DNA from: Niastella sp.
Lineage (GTDB): Bacteria; Bacteroidota; Bacteroidia; Chitinophagales; Chitinophagaceae
Assembly: GCA_021154515.1 (NCBI GenBank)
Contig: JAJKIL010000347.1
Span: 1-37,951, forward strand
Direction of reading: 5' to 3'
Length of the DNA stretch: 37,951 bases
Position 1 is the stretch's first letter; every line of letters starts with the position of its first letter. Positions 10,781 to 20,687 of this stretch are shown here, piece by piece. A model generated the notes under the pieces. That model did no database searches. It was not told the origin of the DNA and saw only the letters and a program-made list of their open reading frames with translations. The translations under genes and the position numbers were made by a program.

Positions 10781-12694
10781 ATGACGATTCGCCTGTTTAC
10801 CAAAAGAATCCTTTTGTTACTGTTCCTTATGACCGTAACCGGCATCTTCCTTTCTGCCAGTGCCCAAAAGCACAAATCGTTTCAAACCAATGGCAGAATG
10901 ATCAATGTTGATAGTTTTAACAGGGAGATTGCAAAAATGATGAAAGAGGTGGGCGTTCCTGCCCTGTCATTAGCGGTGATTGAGAATAATAAAGTTGTAT
11001 TTCATAATACCTATGGCGTCAGAAAAAAGGGAGATAAGAAGAAGGCGGATAATAGGACCGCTTTTGATGCCGGTTCCCTTTCTAAAAGTTATCTCGTTTT
11101 CGCAGTGTACCAACTGGTGGATCAGGGTAAACTCGATCTTGATAAACCATTATATCAATATTTGAAATATGATCGCCTTGAATATGATCCCCGGTATAAA
11201 TTAATTACTGCCAGAATGGTGCTCAGCCATTCTTCCGGAATAGAGAACTGGCAATTTCAAAATGATCCCCTGAAACTGGAAATCATAAGCGATCCCGGAA
11301 CAAAACTGGTATATTCCGGTGAAGGCTATAATTACCTGGCCAAAGTAGTGGAGTCGATCCTTCATCAGCCTTATGAAATATATATCAGGGATCTTGTTCT
11401 GAATGTTCTTCAATTGAATAATTCATACCTGAAGTTTATAAAACAAAAACATCACCTTTTTCACAAAGAGTCTCCCTGGAATTATGCCGTCGGGCACGGT
11501 CTCGACAGCAAACCCATCGTTAAAAAGAACTATGCAGTCAGCCCGGCCTCTGGAAACCATATCACCGCCGAAGATTATGCGAAACTCATTATTGGGATCT
11601 TCGACACCACCCATCTGTCGGTGGCCAGGATAAAGGATCTGGAGCAGCCCATCGCACGGGTCAATAATTCATCCACCTTTTACGGGCCTGGTTTTGAAGT
11701 GGCGGATATCGATGGAGACCTGGTTATAGAACACGGAGGAGATAATGATGGGTTTAAGAACCAGATGTTTTATTCCGTTGCAAAAAAGAGAGGCTATGTG
11801 TTCCTGTCGAATTCTGACCGGGGAAGATTGATGATGAAAAAGCTATGTGATATGACCGTTCAAATGAATATTGAACCTTATTTAAACGCAGAATTTTATC
11901 TCACGGATATGTATCCGAGCAATGCCAGCGATCTGTTAAGGATCTATGATGAAGAGGGCGTTGAAGCCATGTATGCGGCATTGGATAAACTTAAAAAGAA
12001 CGGCACGGTTGGAGCCACCACCCTGGACGTTGTCAGCTTCTATCTGAAATGGTACTATGGAGGCGACAATAGGGTCACTCAAAAATTACTCGAAGATAAT
12101 ATCGCATTATATCCCGATTCATCCTTGTCCTATGTACTGCTGGGAAGACATTTAAGAGACCTCGGCAAACCCGACTCCGCCCTGCTGCACCTGAAGAAAG
12201 CGCAGGAGATGCATTTCTCCGCATGGAGCATCGATGGAGATATCAGCGATTGCGAAACGAAACTGGTGGATTTCAATCGAAGAAAGTCATTAATGGTCAG
12301 GATCAATGAAAAGGAACAAACCACCGTGCCGGCTGACAATTATAATTTAATGAGCGGGGTCGTGTCGATTGCTTCAACAGACGAAGGGGGCGGGCGGTGT
12401 CTTGCCTATATCGAAGCAGATGACTGGATGGAATACAGGATCGATGTCCGGGATAGTGGTAACTATTCGATGACCTTACGAGTTGCCAGCCTGCCAGGAG
12501 GCGGACAGGTGGAACTGCGTATCGAAGATACTTTATTAACGACCATGAATATTGAAACTACGAAGGGCTGGCAGAACTGGGTGTCAAAGACTACCGCCAT
12601 TCGTTTACCGGCAGGAAGCCATACGCTGCGGCTATACGCCAGGGTAGGTGGTTTTAAATTAAACTGGTTAAAATTCGCCAAACAATCAATCTGA
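10781..12694 (+). CDS. Secreted serine hydrolase (beta-lactamase/PBP fold) with helical TPR-like middle region and C-terminal CBM6-like domain
   Basis: Start moved to ATG 10781, which avoids overlap with asnB and gives a signal peptide (MTIRLFTKRILLLLFLMTVTGIFLSASAQ). SxxK = SLSK, LSHSSG, YSGEGY, HGGDN. C-terminal YIEADDWMEY...TTKGWQNW...FKLNWLKF resembles CBM6. Confidence 0.85.
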   Translation: MTIRLFTKRILLLLFLMTVTGIFLSASAQKHKSFQTNGRMINVDSFNREIAKMMKEVGVPALSLAVIENNKVVFHNTYGVRKKGDKKKADNRTAFDAGSLSKSYLVFAVYQLVDQGKLDLDKPLYQYLKYDRLEYDPRYKLITARMVLSHSSGIENWQFQNDPLKLEIISDPGTKLVYSGEGYNYLAKVVESILHQPYEIYIRDLVLNVLQLNNSYLKFIKQKHHLFHKESPWNYAVGHGLDSKPIVKKNYAVSPASGNHITAEDYAKLIIGIFDTTHLSVARIKDLEQPIARVNNSSTFYGPGFEVADIDGDLVIEHGGDNDGFKNQMFYSVAKKRGYVFLSNSDRGRLMMKKLCDMTVQMNIEPYLNAEFYLTDMYPSNASDLLRIYDEEGVEAMYAALDKLKKNGTVGATTLDVVSFYLKWYYGGDNRVTQKLLEDNIALYPDSSLSYVLLGRHLRDLGKPDSALLHLKKAQEMHFSAWSIDGDISDCETKLVDFNRRKSLMVRINEKEQTTVPADNYNLMSGVVSIASTDEGGGRCLAYIEADDWMEYRIDVRDSGNYSMTLRVASLPGGGQVELRIEDTLLTTMNIETTKGWQNWVSKTTAIRLPAGSHTLRLYARVGGFKLNWLKFAKQSI

Positions 12695-12698
12695 ACGC

Positions 12699-13499
12699 AT
12701 GAACCCTGAACAAGAGAATGTCATTGGAATAGTCGGCGGCATGGGCCCCCAGGCAGGACTGGCCTTATATGACAAAATCATTCGTCACACGAAAGCAGTA
12801 AGGGACCAGCAACATTTGTCCGTGGTGATGATGTCTTTCTCAAAACATATCGTTGACAGAACTGAATTCTTACAGGGAGATACGTATACGAACCCGGCTT
12901 TTAGTATTGCAGTAGTTATTAAAAAGCTGGAACACGCCGGCGCAGAAATAGTCGGCATTCCCTGTAATACCTCTCATTCTTCCCCCATCCTGGATGTGAT
13001 CTACCGGGAATTAGACAGAATGGATTGCCGGGTACGGTTGGTAAATATGCCTGTGGAGACCTGCCATTTTATACAGGCAAATCACAAAAGCGTCCGGCGT
13101 ATCGGGGTCATGACCACTAACGGTACCTATAAGACGGGATTATATAAGAATTTATTGTTGGATTTGGGCTATGATGTCGTGATCCCGGATCTTATTTTTC
13201 AAAACGAGGTTATCCACAGAATGATCTATGATCCGGTATTCGGAATCAAATCAAAACCCGATTCTATTTCATTAGAAGTAAAAATATTATTGGAAAAAGC
13301 GTTAACTTTCTTTAAGAAAAGAAATGCTGATGCGATCATTCTCGGCTGTACCGAATTATCGCTTATACTTCCCGGAATGATGGTTAACGATATGCTCGTC
13401 ATCGACTCCACTGATGTGCTGGCGAAGGCATTGATCAGGGAGGCGACAAAACGGGAACAATTTCCGCGTGCCCAATCGTTGAAGAACATTAAGTCATAA
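12699..13499 (+). CDS. Aspartate/glutamate racemase (PLP-independent, two-cysteine)
   Basis: IGIVGGMGP, IPCNTSH and ILGCTEL; both catalytic cysteines are present. Confidence 0.93.
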   Translation: MNPEQENVIGIVGGMGPQAGLALYDKIIRHTKAVRDQQHLSVVMMSFSKHIVDRTEFLQGDTYTNPAFSIAVVIKKLEHAGAEIVGIPCNTSHSSPILDVIYRELDRMDCRVRLVNMPVETCHFIQANHKSVRRIGVMTTNGTYKTGLYKNLLLDLGYDVVIPDLIFQNEVIHRMIYDPVFGIKSKPDSISLEVKILLEKALTFFKKRNADAIILGCTELSLILPGMMVNDMLVIDSTDVLAKALIREATKREQFPRAQSLKNIKS

Positions 13500-13501
13500 A
13501 T

Positions 13502-15904
13502 ATGTTTAAAAACTATCTGATCATTGCATTCCGGAATCTTAGAAAGAATAAAGTGTCCGCTATTATCAATATCGGTGGTCTTGCTATGGGGATGGCCGTG
13601 GCCATGCTGATCGGCTTATGGATATATGATGAATTGTCTTTCAATAAATACCATGAGCATCACCTCCGCATCGCACAGGTTATGCGGCACCAGGATCAAC
13701 AGGGTGACAAAATAACAAGCTTTTATCACCCGATGCCGCTTAGCGAAGAACTTCATACCACCTACAAGGATGTTTTTAAATATGTTGTCATCTCCAAACA
13801 AACGGAAGAGCATATCATTTCAGCCGGGGAGAATAAATTTGTCCAGGCGGGGAATTATATGGGAGCCGATGCGCCGGAGATGCTCAGCCTCAGAATGCTA
13901 TACGGCAGTCATGGTGGGCTGAAAGACCCCAATTCCATCCTGCTATCCCAATCTTTAGCAAAAAAGCTATTTGGTAACGGTGATCCTATAGGGAAGATCG
14001 TGAAGATCGATGACCGGTTTACTGTAAAAGTTACGGGCGTGTATGAAGATCTGCCGGCCAATTCAGAATTCAGATATGTATCCTATATAGCTCCTTTTGA
14101 ACTATGGGTCTCGGGCTTGAGAAACAAGGGAATGGATGCCCGAAGCGATTGGAAGAATTATTTTGTATTGATCTATGCTGAGCTGGCGCCCGGCGCCGAT
14201 GTTAACCGGGTGTCAAAGATGATCAAAAATACCTATCTGTCTCATGTTGATCAGAAGACTGCGGATACAAAGCAGGAACTGTTTCTTCATCCGATGGACA
14301 ACTGGCACCTGCATTCAAAATTTGACAATGGGATCGCATCCACCAGTGATCAGATGATGTTTCTCTGGTTCTTTGGTTTCATTGGAGTTTTTGTACTGCT
14401 GCTGGCTTGTATCAATTTTATGAACCTGAGTACGGCCCGTTCTGAAAAACGCGCCAGGGAGGTAGGTGTGCGCAAAGCCATTGGCTCTTTGCGCGGTCAG
14501 CTGCTCACGCAGTTCTTTTGCGAATCATTGCTGGTGGCCGCTTTTTCTTTTGTATTGGCCATTGGTCTCGTCATGCTTGTCCTGCCCTGGTTCAATAAGG
14601 TGGCGGGTAAGGAGATCTCCATATTATGGGGCAACCCCTTGTTCTGGCTAACGGGTCTAGTTTTTACCATCATTACCGGTCTGATTGCAGGAAGCTACCC
14701 TGCATTTTACCTGTCTTCCTTTAATCCTATTCTCGTACTAAAAGGCAGCTTTAAGGCTGGTCGTTTTGCATCGGTTCCACGAAAAATACTGGTGGTGCTT
14801 CAATTCACAGTGTCCATTATGCTAACTGTCAGCACGATTATCGTTTACAGGCAGATCCAGTTTACCAAGGACCGGCCGGTAGGTTATACCCGGGATGGCC
14901 TTTTAATGTTCCACCTGATGGCGCCAGGCTCTTCCGGAAAGTATAATTTGTTAAGTAATGAATTAATGAATACCGGCGTGGTATCGGGAACGGCAGGGGC
15001 AGGAGGCGCCGTCACCGAAGTATGGTCTATGAACAGGAATTTTGATTGGAAAGGGAAGGACCCGGCTACGGACCCCAGCTTTGTTACCCTATCCGTTACA
15101 CAGGACTATGGTAGTACGATCGGATGGCAATTGATTGCCGGTACTGGTTTTTCAAAAGGATATGCCAGCGACTCATCCGGTTTTGTGATCAATGAAGCGG
15201 CAGCAAAACTGATGGGGCTGAAAGACCCTGTAGGAGAATTTGTGAGATGGGAACCTGGCTGGCGCAAAGGCGGAAACTTTAAAATATTAGGCGTCATAAA
15301 GGATATGGTGATGGAATCTCCTTTTGAACCGGCGCAGCCGACGATCTTCACCCTTGATTCGGTTACGAGATGGATGTTCGTCAGGATCAATCCTGCAGTG
15401 AGCGCCAGCAAAGCCCTCGCAAGGATTGAGCCCGTCTTTACTTCTTTATTTCCCGCAGCGCCATTCGATTACAAGTTTGCCGATTTGGAATATGCCAAAA
15501 AATTTGAATCGGAAGAGCGTGTAGGCAAACTGGCCACATTTTTTTCCATACTGGCCATTTTTATATCCTGTTTGGGCTTGTTCGGGCTTGCCTCTTTTGT
15601 GGCGGAGCAAAGGACGAAAGAGATTGGCGTAAGAAAGGTATTGGGCGCCTCCGTGTTTGGTGTATGGCGCCTGATCTCAAAAGAGTTTTTCATGCTTATC
15701 CTCATCGCTTTCCTGATTGCTACGCCAACGGATTATTTCCTGATGTACAACTGGCTGCAGTCATACCAATACAGATCGGGCATTCCCTTGTGGGTGTTTA
15801 TGGTTGTAGGGTTGGGCGCATTGTTGATTGCATTGCTGACCATTAGTTACCAAACGATCAAAGCTGCATTACTGAATCCGGCAAAAAGCCTGAAGGCTGA
15901 ATAG
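13502..15904 (+). CDS. ABC transporter permease, tandem FtsX/MacB-like (Bacteroidota type)
   Basis: MFKNYLIIAFRNL start, LLLACINFMNLSTARSEKRAREVGVRKAIG, second repeat EQRTKEIGVRKVLGAS, C-terminal NPAKSLKAE. No ATPase domain. Confidence 0.93.
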   Translation: MFKNYLIIAFRNLRKNKVSAIINIGGLAMGMAVAMLIGLWIYDELSFNKYHEHHLRIAQVMRHQDQQGDKITSFYHPMPLSEELHTTYKDVFKYVVISKQTEEHIISAGENKFVQAGNYMGADAPEMLSLRMLYGSHGGLKDPNSILLSQSLAKKLFGNGDPIGKIVKIDDRFTVKVTGVYEDLPANSEFRYVSYIAPFELWVSGLRNKGMDARSDWKNYFVLIYAELAPGADVNRVSKMIKNTYLSHVDQKTADTKQELFLHPMDNWHLHSKFDNGIASTSDQMMFLWFFGFIGVFVLLLACINFMNLSTARSEKRAREVGVRKAIGSLRGQLLTQFFCESLLVAAFSFVLAIGLVMLVLPWFNKVAGKEISILWGNPLFWLTGLVFTIITGLIAGSYPAFYLSSFNPILVLKGSFKAGRFASVPRKILVVLQFTVSIMLTVSTIIVYRQIQFTKDRPVGYTRDGLLMFHLMAPGSSGKYNLLSNELMNTGVVSGTAGAGGAVTEVWSMNRNFDWKGKDPATDPSFVTLSVTQDYGSTIGWQLIAGTGFSKGYASDSSGFVINEAAAKLMGLKDPVGEFVRWEPGWRKGGNFKILGVIKDMVMESPFEPAQPTIFTLDSVTRWMFVRINPAVSASKALARIEPVFTSLFPAAPFDYKFADLEYAKKFESEERVGKLATFFSILAIFISCLGLFGLASFVAEQRTKEIGVRKVLGASVFGVWRLISKEFFMLILIAFLIATPTDYFLMYNWLQSYQYRSGIPLWVFMVVGLGALLIALLTISYQTIKAALLNPAKSLKAE

Positions 15905-15919
15905 AATACCTTATCACAT

Positions 15920-18900
15920 ATGAAAATATTTTCGGTCAACCGGGTCGCACCGTTGATTATTATCTGCCTTGGCTTTGCCCTGCCTGCTGTTTCACAAAGC
16001 GGCACGGCGGCAAACGGCAGCAGGATGGATAGCGTGGATAAAACAGTGTCCGCGTTGATGAAGGCGGGAAATATACCCGGGTTGAGTTTGGTGATCGTAC
16101 AGGATGGACAGCCCGTTATCAAAACTTATGGTTATGCGGACCTCGACAGTAAAAGACCGGTAACCGACAATACGCTTTTTGAAATTGGTTCCTGTACAAA
16201 GGCCTTTACGGCGCTGGCTATTGCAAAGCTGATTCATGAGCACAAATTGTCGCTGAACGATTATGTGTCCGACTATATACCCTGGTTCCGTGTCAGGTAT
16301 AAGGACAGTCTGGTAAGCATCACCATCGCTCAATTATTACATCATACCAGCGGTATCCCCTGGAGCTCCATCTCAAACATACCCCAGACTAAGGACGAGG
16401 ATGCACTGGTAAAAACCGTTAGAAATCTGGAAGGGCAGGAGTTAAAACGGCTGCCCGGGAAAAAATATGAATATGCTACCATCAATTACGATGTGCTGGC
16501 CCTTGTTATACAAAACATTTCAGGACAACCGTTTGAAACCTATATCCGGCAGCAAATTTTCGATATGCTGCAGCTCAGCAATACCAGCATCGGTATCCCG
16601 GTAGATAGCGCGTTGATGTCAAAAGGTTATAAGATCGGATTTTTCAAACCAAGGGTATATGATGCACCCGTGTTCAGAGGTAATTATGCAGCGGGATATG
16701 TGATTACAGATGCCAGGGATTTTTCAAAATGGCTGCAGTTTCAGATGGGGCTGAAAGATACATCCTTATATGAGCTGGCGGCTTTCACGCAGCAGCGGGA
16801 TGAAACCGTACCCCTGCATTTTTATATGTCTGCCTATGCCATGGGATGGAACCAGTCCTTTGAAGGCAATGGAGAAGTATATCACGGTGGTGTAAATCCG
16901 AATTATACGGCCTATATACAGTTTCGAAAAAAGAGCAAACTGGGGGTGGCGGTATTAGCCAATTCAAACAGCACCTTTACGCCGGTGATCGCCAACAGGG
17001 TGATGAAGCTGCTGGCTGGCGAGAAAATTGAAAAGGAGTATGATCCGGGAGATGGCAACGATAAGGTCTTTTCAACAGCCTCGATCATTCTTGGCTTGTA
17101 TCTGCTGGCTCTTGCTTTCTTTATCGGCCGGATCATCTTCGATATCATAAAGGGAAAAAGAAAGTATGCAGGATTTTCGCGGGCTGCACTGGGCAGGATT
17201 GGCTTACTACTGGTTATCTTTCTACCCTACGTATACGGACTCTACCTGCTTCCAACTGCCTTATTCGGTTTTAGCTGGGAGTCGATGATCGTCTGGACTC
17301 CCTTCAGTTTGACGACCGGTCTGAAAATGCTCAGTCTGGCCATGGGTGTATCCCTCTGTACCTATATAGCAGGCGTGGCCTTTCCGGAAAAAGATAAGTT
17401 CAGAAGAATCGCCCCCCGACTTATCCTATTGAGCGTATTATCTGGTTTGGCAAATATGCTGTTGATCATCCTGATCACTTCTTCCCTTGATCTGGACAAT
17501 ATAGTGGAATTGAAATACCTGATCTTCTATTATTGTCTGACACTATCGGTGTACCTTTTTGGAAGAAGATTCGTGCAGGTCAGCCTGGTAGCCTATACTA
17601 TGGACATGATCTATGAATTGCGGATAAAGATCACCGATAAAATATTTTCCACTTCCTACCAGAACTTTGAGAAGATCGATCGGGGACGGGTATATACAGC
17701 CCTGAACGATGACGTTGGTACTATCGGCGAATCCGCCAATGTATTTGTAGTACTGGTTACCAGTATATTCACCGCCGGGGGAGCGCTGTTATACCTGGCT
17801 TCCATTGCTTTTTGGGCCACTATATTAACCTTCTCTTTGATGGGGGCGCTGACCACGATGTATTTTTTTGTCAGCAAAAGCACCAATAAATTTTATGAGG
17901 CTGCCCGCGACAGCAGGAACGTCTTTATGCGGCTCATCAACGGTATGATCGATGGGTATAAAGAGCTTACCCTGCATCGGAACAGGAAAAAGGCGTATAA
18001 AGAAGATGTAGCAGCAAGTGCGGATGAGTATAAGAAAAAGATCACCGTTGCCAATATCCGGTTCGTGAACGCTTCCTTTGTAGGCGAGGCTGTATTGGTC
18101 CTCATCCTGGGTGTTGTTGCATTGGGGTTCCCAAAATTATTCCCTGGCATTAAAGTCTATACCCTGATGAGTTTTGTGATCGTACTGCTGTACCTGATCG
18201 GGCCGGTGAATACGATCCTGAATTCCGTACCCACTGTATTGCGTCTTCGCATCGCATTAAACCGCATTAAACAATTTCTCAATAGTATTCCATCAGATCC
18301 CGACAATAAGAAATTGATCCTTATGCCAACGCCAGCTACGATCAATAGTATGGGAGCAAAAGGTATAGCATTTCAATACAGGAACGGAGACGACCAGGAT
18401 CCTTTTTCCATCGGCCCCATCGATCTGGAAATGAAGAAAGGTGAAATAGTCTTCATCGTGGGGGGTAACGGAAGCGGCAAAACGACATTTGCCAAACTGC
18501 TCACAGGCCTGTACGAACCCGATCGGGGCAAATTTACCATCAACGGCGAAGAAGTTCCGTTTTCCAGGCTGGGGGAGCATTTCTCAGCCGTTTTCAGCCC
18601 GGTGCATCTTTTTGAAAAATTATACGATATCGATATCAGCGGGCGGGAAGAGGAAGTCAACAATTATTTGAAGCTGTTGCACCTGGATGAAAAAGTTCGG
18701 ATAAACGGAAATAAATATAGTACGATCAATTTATCCGGCGGACAAAGAAAGAGACTGGCCTTGTTGCAGGTTTTTCTGGAAGACTGCCCGGTCTGTCTCT
18801 TTGATGAATGGGCCGCCGACCAGGACCCGGCTTACCGTTTCTTTTTCTACCGGACACTGCTCCCGCAAATGAGAAAGAAAGGAAAGATCATTATTGCGAT

Positions 18901-19006
18901 CACGCATGATGACCACTATTTTGATGTAGCCGATAAAGTATATAAGATGGATCAGGGACAACTCCTTCCCTGGGAAAGCTCCTCAGTTAAGCACTTCGTT
19001 ATTTGA
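15920..19006 (+). CDS. ClbP/ZmaM-like serine peptidase fused to SyrD/PvdE-family cyclic peptide export ABC transporter
   Basis: Signal peptide; FEIGSCTK (SxxK), YATINYDVL, HGGVNPNY; about nine hydrophobic helices; Walker A GGNGSGKTT, signature LSGGQRKRLAL, Walker B LFDEWAADQDP. Confidence 0.92.
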   Translation: MKIFSVNRVAPLIIICLGFALPAVSQSGTAANGSRMDSVDKTVSALMKAGNIPGLSLVIVQDGQPVIKTYGYADLDSKRPVTDNTLFEIGSCTKAFTALAIAKLIHEHKLSLNDYVSDYIPWFRVRYKDSLVSITIAQLLHHTSGIPWSSISNIPQTKDEDALVKTVRNLEGQELKRLPGKKYEYATINYDVLALVIQNISGQPFETYIRQQIFDMLQLSNTSIGIPVDSALMSKGYKIGFFKPRVYDAPVFRGNYAAGYVITDARDFSKWLQFQMGLKDTSLYELAAFTQQRDETVPLHFYMSAYAMGWNQSFEGNGEVYHGGVNPNYTAYIQFRKKSKLGVAVLANSNSTFTPVIANRVMKLLAGEKIEKEYDPGDGNDKVFSTASIILGLYLLALAFFIGRIIFDIIKGKRKYAGFSRAALGRIGLLLVIFLPYVYGLYLLPTALFGFSWESMIVWTPFSLTTGLKMLSLAMGVSLCTYIAGVAFPEKDKFRRIAPRLILLSVLSGLANMLLIILITSSLDLDNIVELKYLIFYYCLTLSVYLFGRRFVQVSLVAYTMDMIYELRIKITDKIFSTSYQNFEKIDRGRVYTALNDDVGTIGESANVFVVLVTSIFTAGGALLYLASIAFWATILTFSLMGALTTMYFFVSKSTNKFYEAARDSRNVFMRLINGMIDGYKELTLHRNRKKAYKEDVAASADEYKKKITVANIRFVNASFVGEAVLVLILGVVALGFPKLFPGIKVYTLMSFVIVLLYLIGPVNTILNSVPTVLRLRIALNRIKQFLNSIPSDPDNKKLILMPTPATINSMGAKGIAFQYRNGDDQDPFSIGPIDLEMKKGEIVFIVGGNGSGKTTFAKLLTGLYEPDRGKFTINGEEVPFSRLGEHFSAVFSPVHLFEKLYDIDISGREEEVNNYLKLLHLDEKVRINGNKYSTINLSGGQRKRLALLQVFLEDCPVCLFDEWAADQDPAYRFFFYRTLLPQMRKKGKIIIAITHDDHYFDVADKVYKMDQGQLLPWESSSVKHFVI

Positions 19007-19031
19007 AGTTTCTAATCCTACAATAATTTTT

Positions 19032-20654
19032 ATGACTAATGATTTATTTTATCTGAAGCCCAATGTGGTTATCGGACCCTTTGTGGACAGATGGTATGCA
19101 TGGACGCATTTGATCTCTCCGGCTACCGGAGCTATGAACGTATTTGGCCGCCATATGCGGATCATGAATTCGTATATCCAAGCCCCACAGATCCATGCAG
19201 AAGCCGTGAAGAACCCCAAAATGAAGGGCGGCCCGTTTATGGACTATAAAGAACCCCGTGTAAAGGAGATCGAAAGACTGCGGGACGAGACTGCCATCAA
19301 CCGGAAAAAATCCATTGAGTTTGCCGAAGCTGTTATTGTGCTGGATAAAATGCTTAAAGAGAATGCCAGAGGTTATTCAATGGAAGCATTGTACGATAAG
19401 GTGCCTGAGATCCTGAAAGGCTATGTTGAATTAGTATATGATCTGAATAACAATCCTTCTTTCCGGTTCTTTGAATCCCTTTTATACAAAAGCGAGTTCT
19501 ATTCAAAAGCTTCTCAAAGCATTGCCTTATGGATCACCAATAACGACGAACGGCCATTTTCCTTGAGTACGCCCCAACTCGATGATCCGGATGTATTGCA
19601 TTTGCATATTCCGGTCGATCACGTTGGCATTGATGTATTGGGCAGGATGAAAAGGAAGGCCGGATCAATTGATAAGATAGCGGATATACTGGGTGTTAAA
19701 GATTCGGACAGGCCACTGTTCGACACCTTTTTTACCAGGCAGGAACACCCTAAATACCGGAAATACGACGGTAACAAAGCCAGAATGCGTTATTTCGGTC
19801 ATGCCTGTATCCTGGTCGAGACCAAGGACGTAAGTATTTTGGTAGACCCGTTGATCAGCTATTACGGATATGAATCGAGCGTTTCCCACTTCTCGGATAT
19901 CGATCTTCCCGATGTAATAGATTATGTGTTGATCACTCACAATCACCAGGACCATATCGTGTTTGAAACCCTGTTGCCGCTTCGTCATAAGATCAGGAAC
20001 ATCATAGTTCCCGACTCAAACAGCGGCGCACTACAGGATCCAAGTCTGAAGCTGACCTTTCAGGCATTGGGTTTTGAGAAAGTGATCACGATCGGCGAAA
20101 TGGAAGAAGTGAAATTTGAGAATTGCGTGATCACCGGAATTCCTTTTACCGGAGAACACAGCGATCTCAATATCAGAACGAAGACCTGCTTTCATATCGC
20201 CATTGATAAATTCGCCTTTCTTTTTGTGGCTGACTCCAGGATCCTGGAAGCCAGACTCTATCATCATATCCAGCGGATCATCGGCGATGTGGACGTTATT
20301 TTTCTGGGAATGGAATGCGACGGGGCACCCCTGTCATGGTTATATGGCCCGCTTTTGACCGGCGAGATCACCCGTGAAAATGATCAGTCAAGAAGGCTCT
20401 CCGGCTGTGATTTTGAAAGAGGCATGCATCTCATCGATACATTTCATCCGAAAGAGGCATATGTATATGCGATGGGACAGGAGCCCTGGCTTGAATTTAT
20501 CAGCAGTATTAAATATACTCCGCAGTCTAACCCAATCATACAATCGAACCGCCTGGTGGAAGAATGCACCATACGTAAAATAATTACAGAAAGATTGTAT
20601 GGAGAAAAAGAGCTGTTGTATGATTATGAAAAGCAGATGGAAACAGTAGCGTAA
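19032..20654 (+). CDS. CmlA-family non-heme diiron beta-hydroxylase (metallo-beta-lactamase fold)
   Basis: N-terminal YLKPNV..P.VDRWYAW..LISPAT and KMKGGPF; YFGHAC; metal motif THNHQDH (~19935-19955); GEHSDL, ADS, GMECDGAP, YAMGQEPWL; 540 aa. Confidence 0.88.
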   Translation: MTNDLFYLKPNVVIGPFVDRWYAWTHLISPATGAMNVFGRHMRIMNSYIQAPQIHAEAVKNPKMKGGPFMDYKEPRVKEIERLRDETAINRKKSIEFAEAVIVLDKMLKENARGYSMEALYDKVPEILKGYVELVYDLNNNPSFRFFESLLYKSEFYSKASQSIALWITNNDERPFSLSTPQLDDPDVLHLHIPVDHVGIDVLGRMKRKAGSIDKIADILGVKDSDRPLFDTFFTRQEHPKYRKYDGNKARMRYFGHACILVETKDVSILVDPLISYYGYESSVSHFSDIDLPDVIDYVLITHNHQDHIVFETLLPLRHKIRNIIVPDSNSGALQDPSLKLTFQALGFEKVITIGEMEEVKFENCVITGIPFTGEHSDLNIRTKTCFHIAIDKFAFLFVADSRILEARLYHHIQRIIGDVDVIFLGMECDGAPLSWLYGPLLTGEITRENDQSRRLSGCDFERGMHLIDTFHPKEAYVYAMGQEPWLEFISSIKYTPQSNPIIQSNRLVEECTIRKIITERLYGEKELLYDYEKQMETVA

Positions 20655-20687
20655 TAGTTCTTCATTAAAATGGAATAACCTTATCTT

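Noticed and set aside
10781-20654. Beta-lactamase-fold genes as antibiotic-resistance beta-lactamases
   Set aside because: Motifs and fusions fit peptidases and a CmlA-type hydroxylase in a biosynthetic context.
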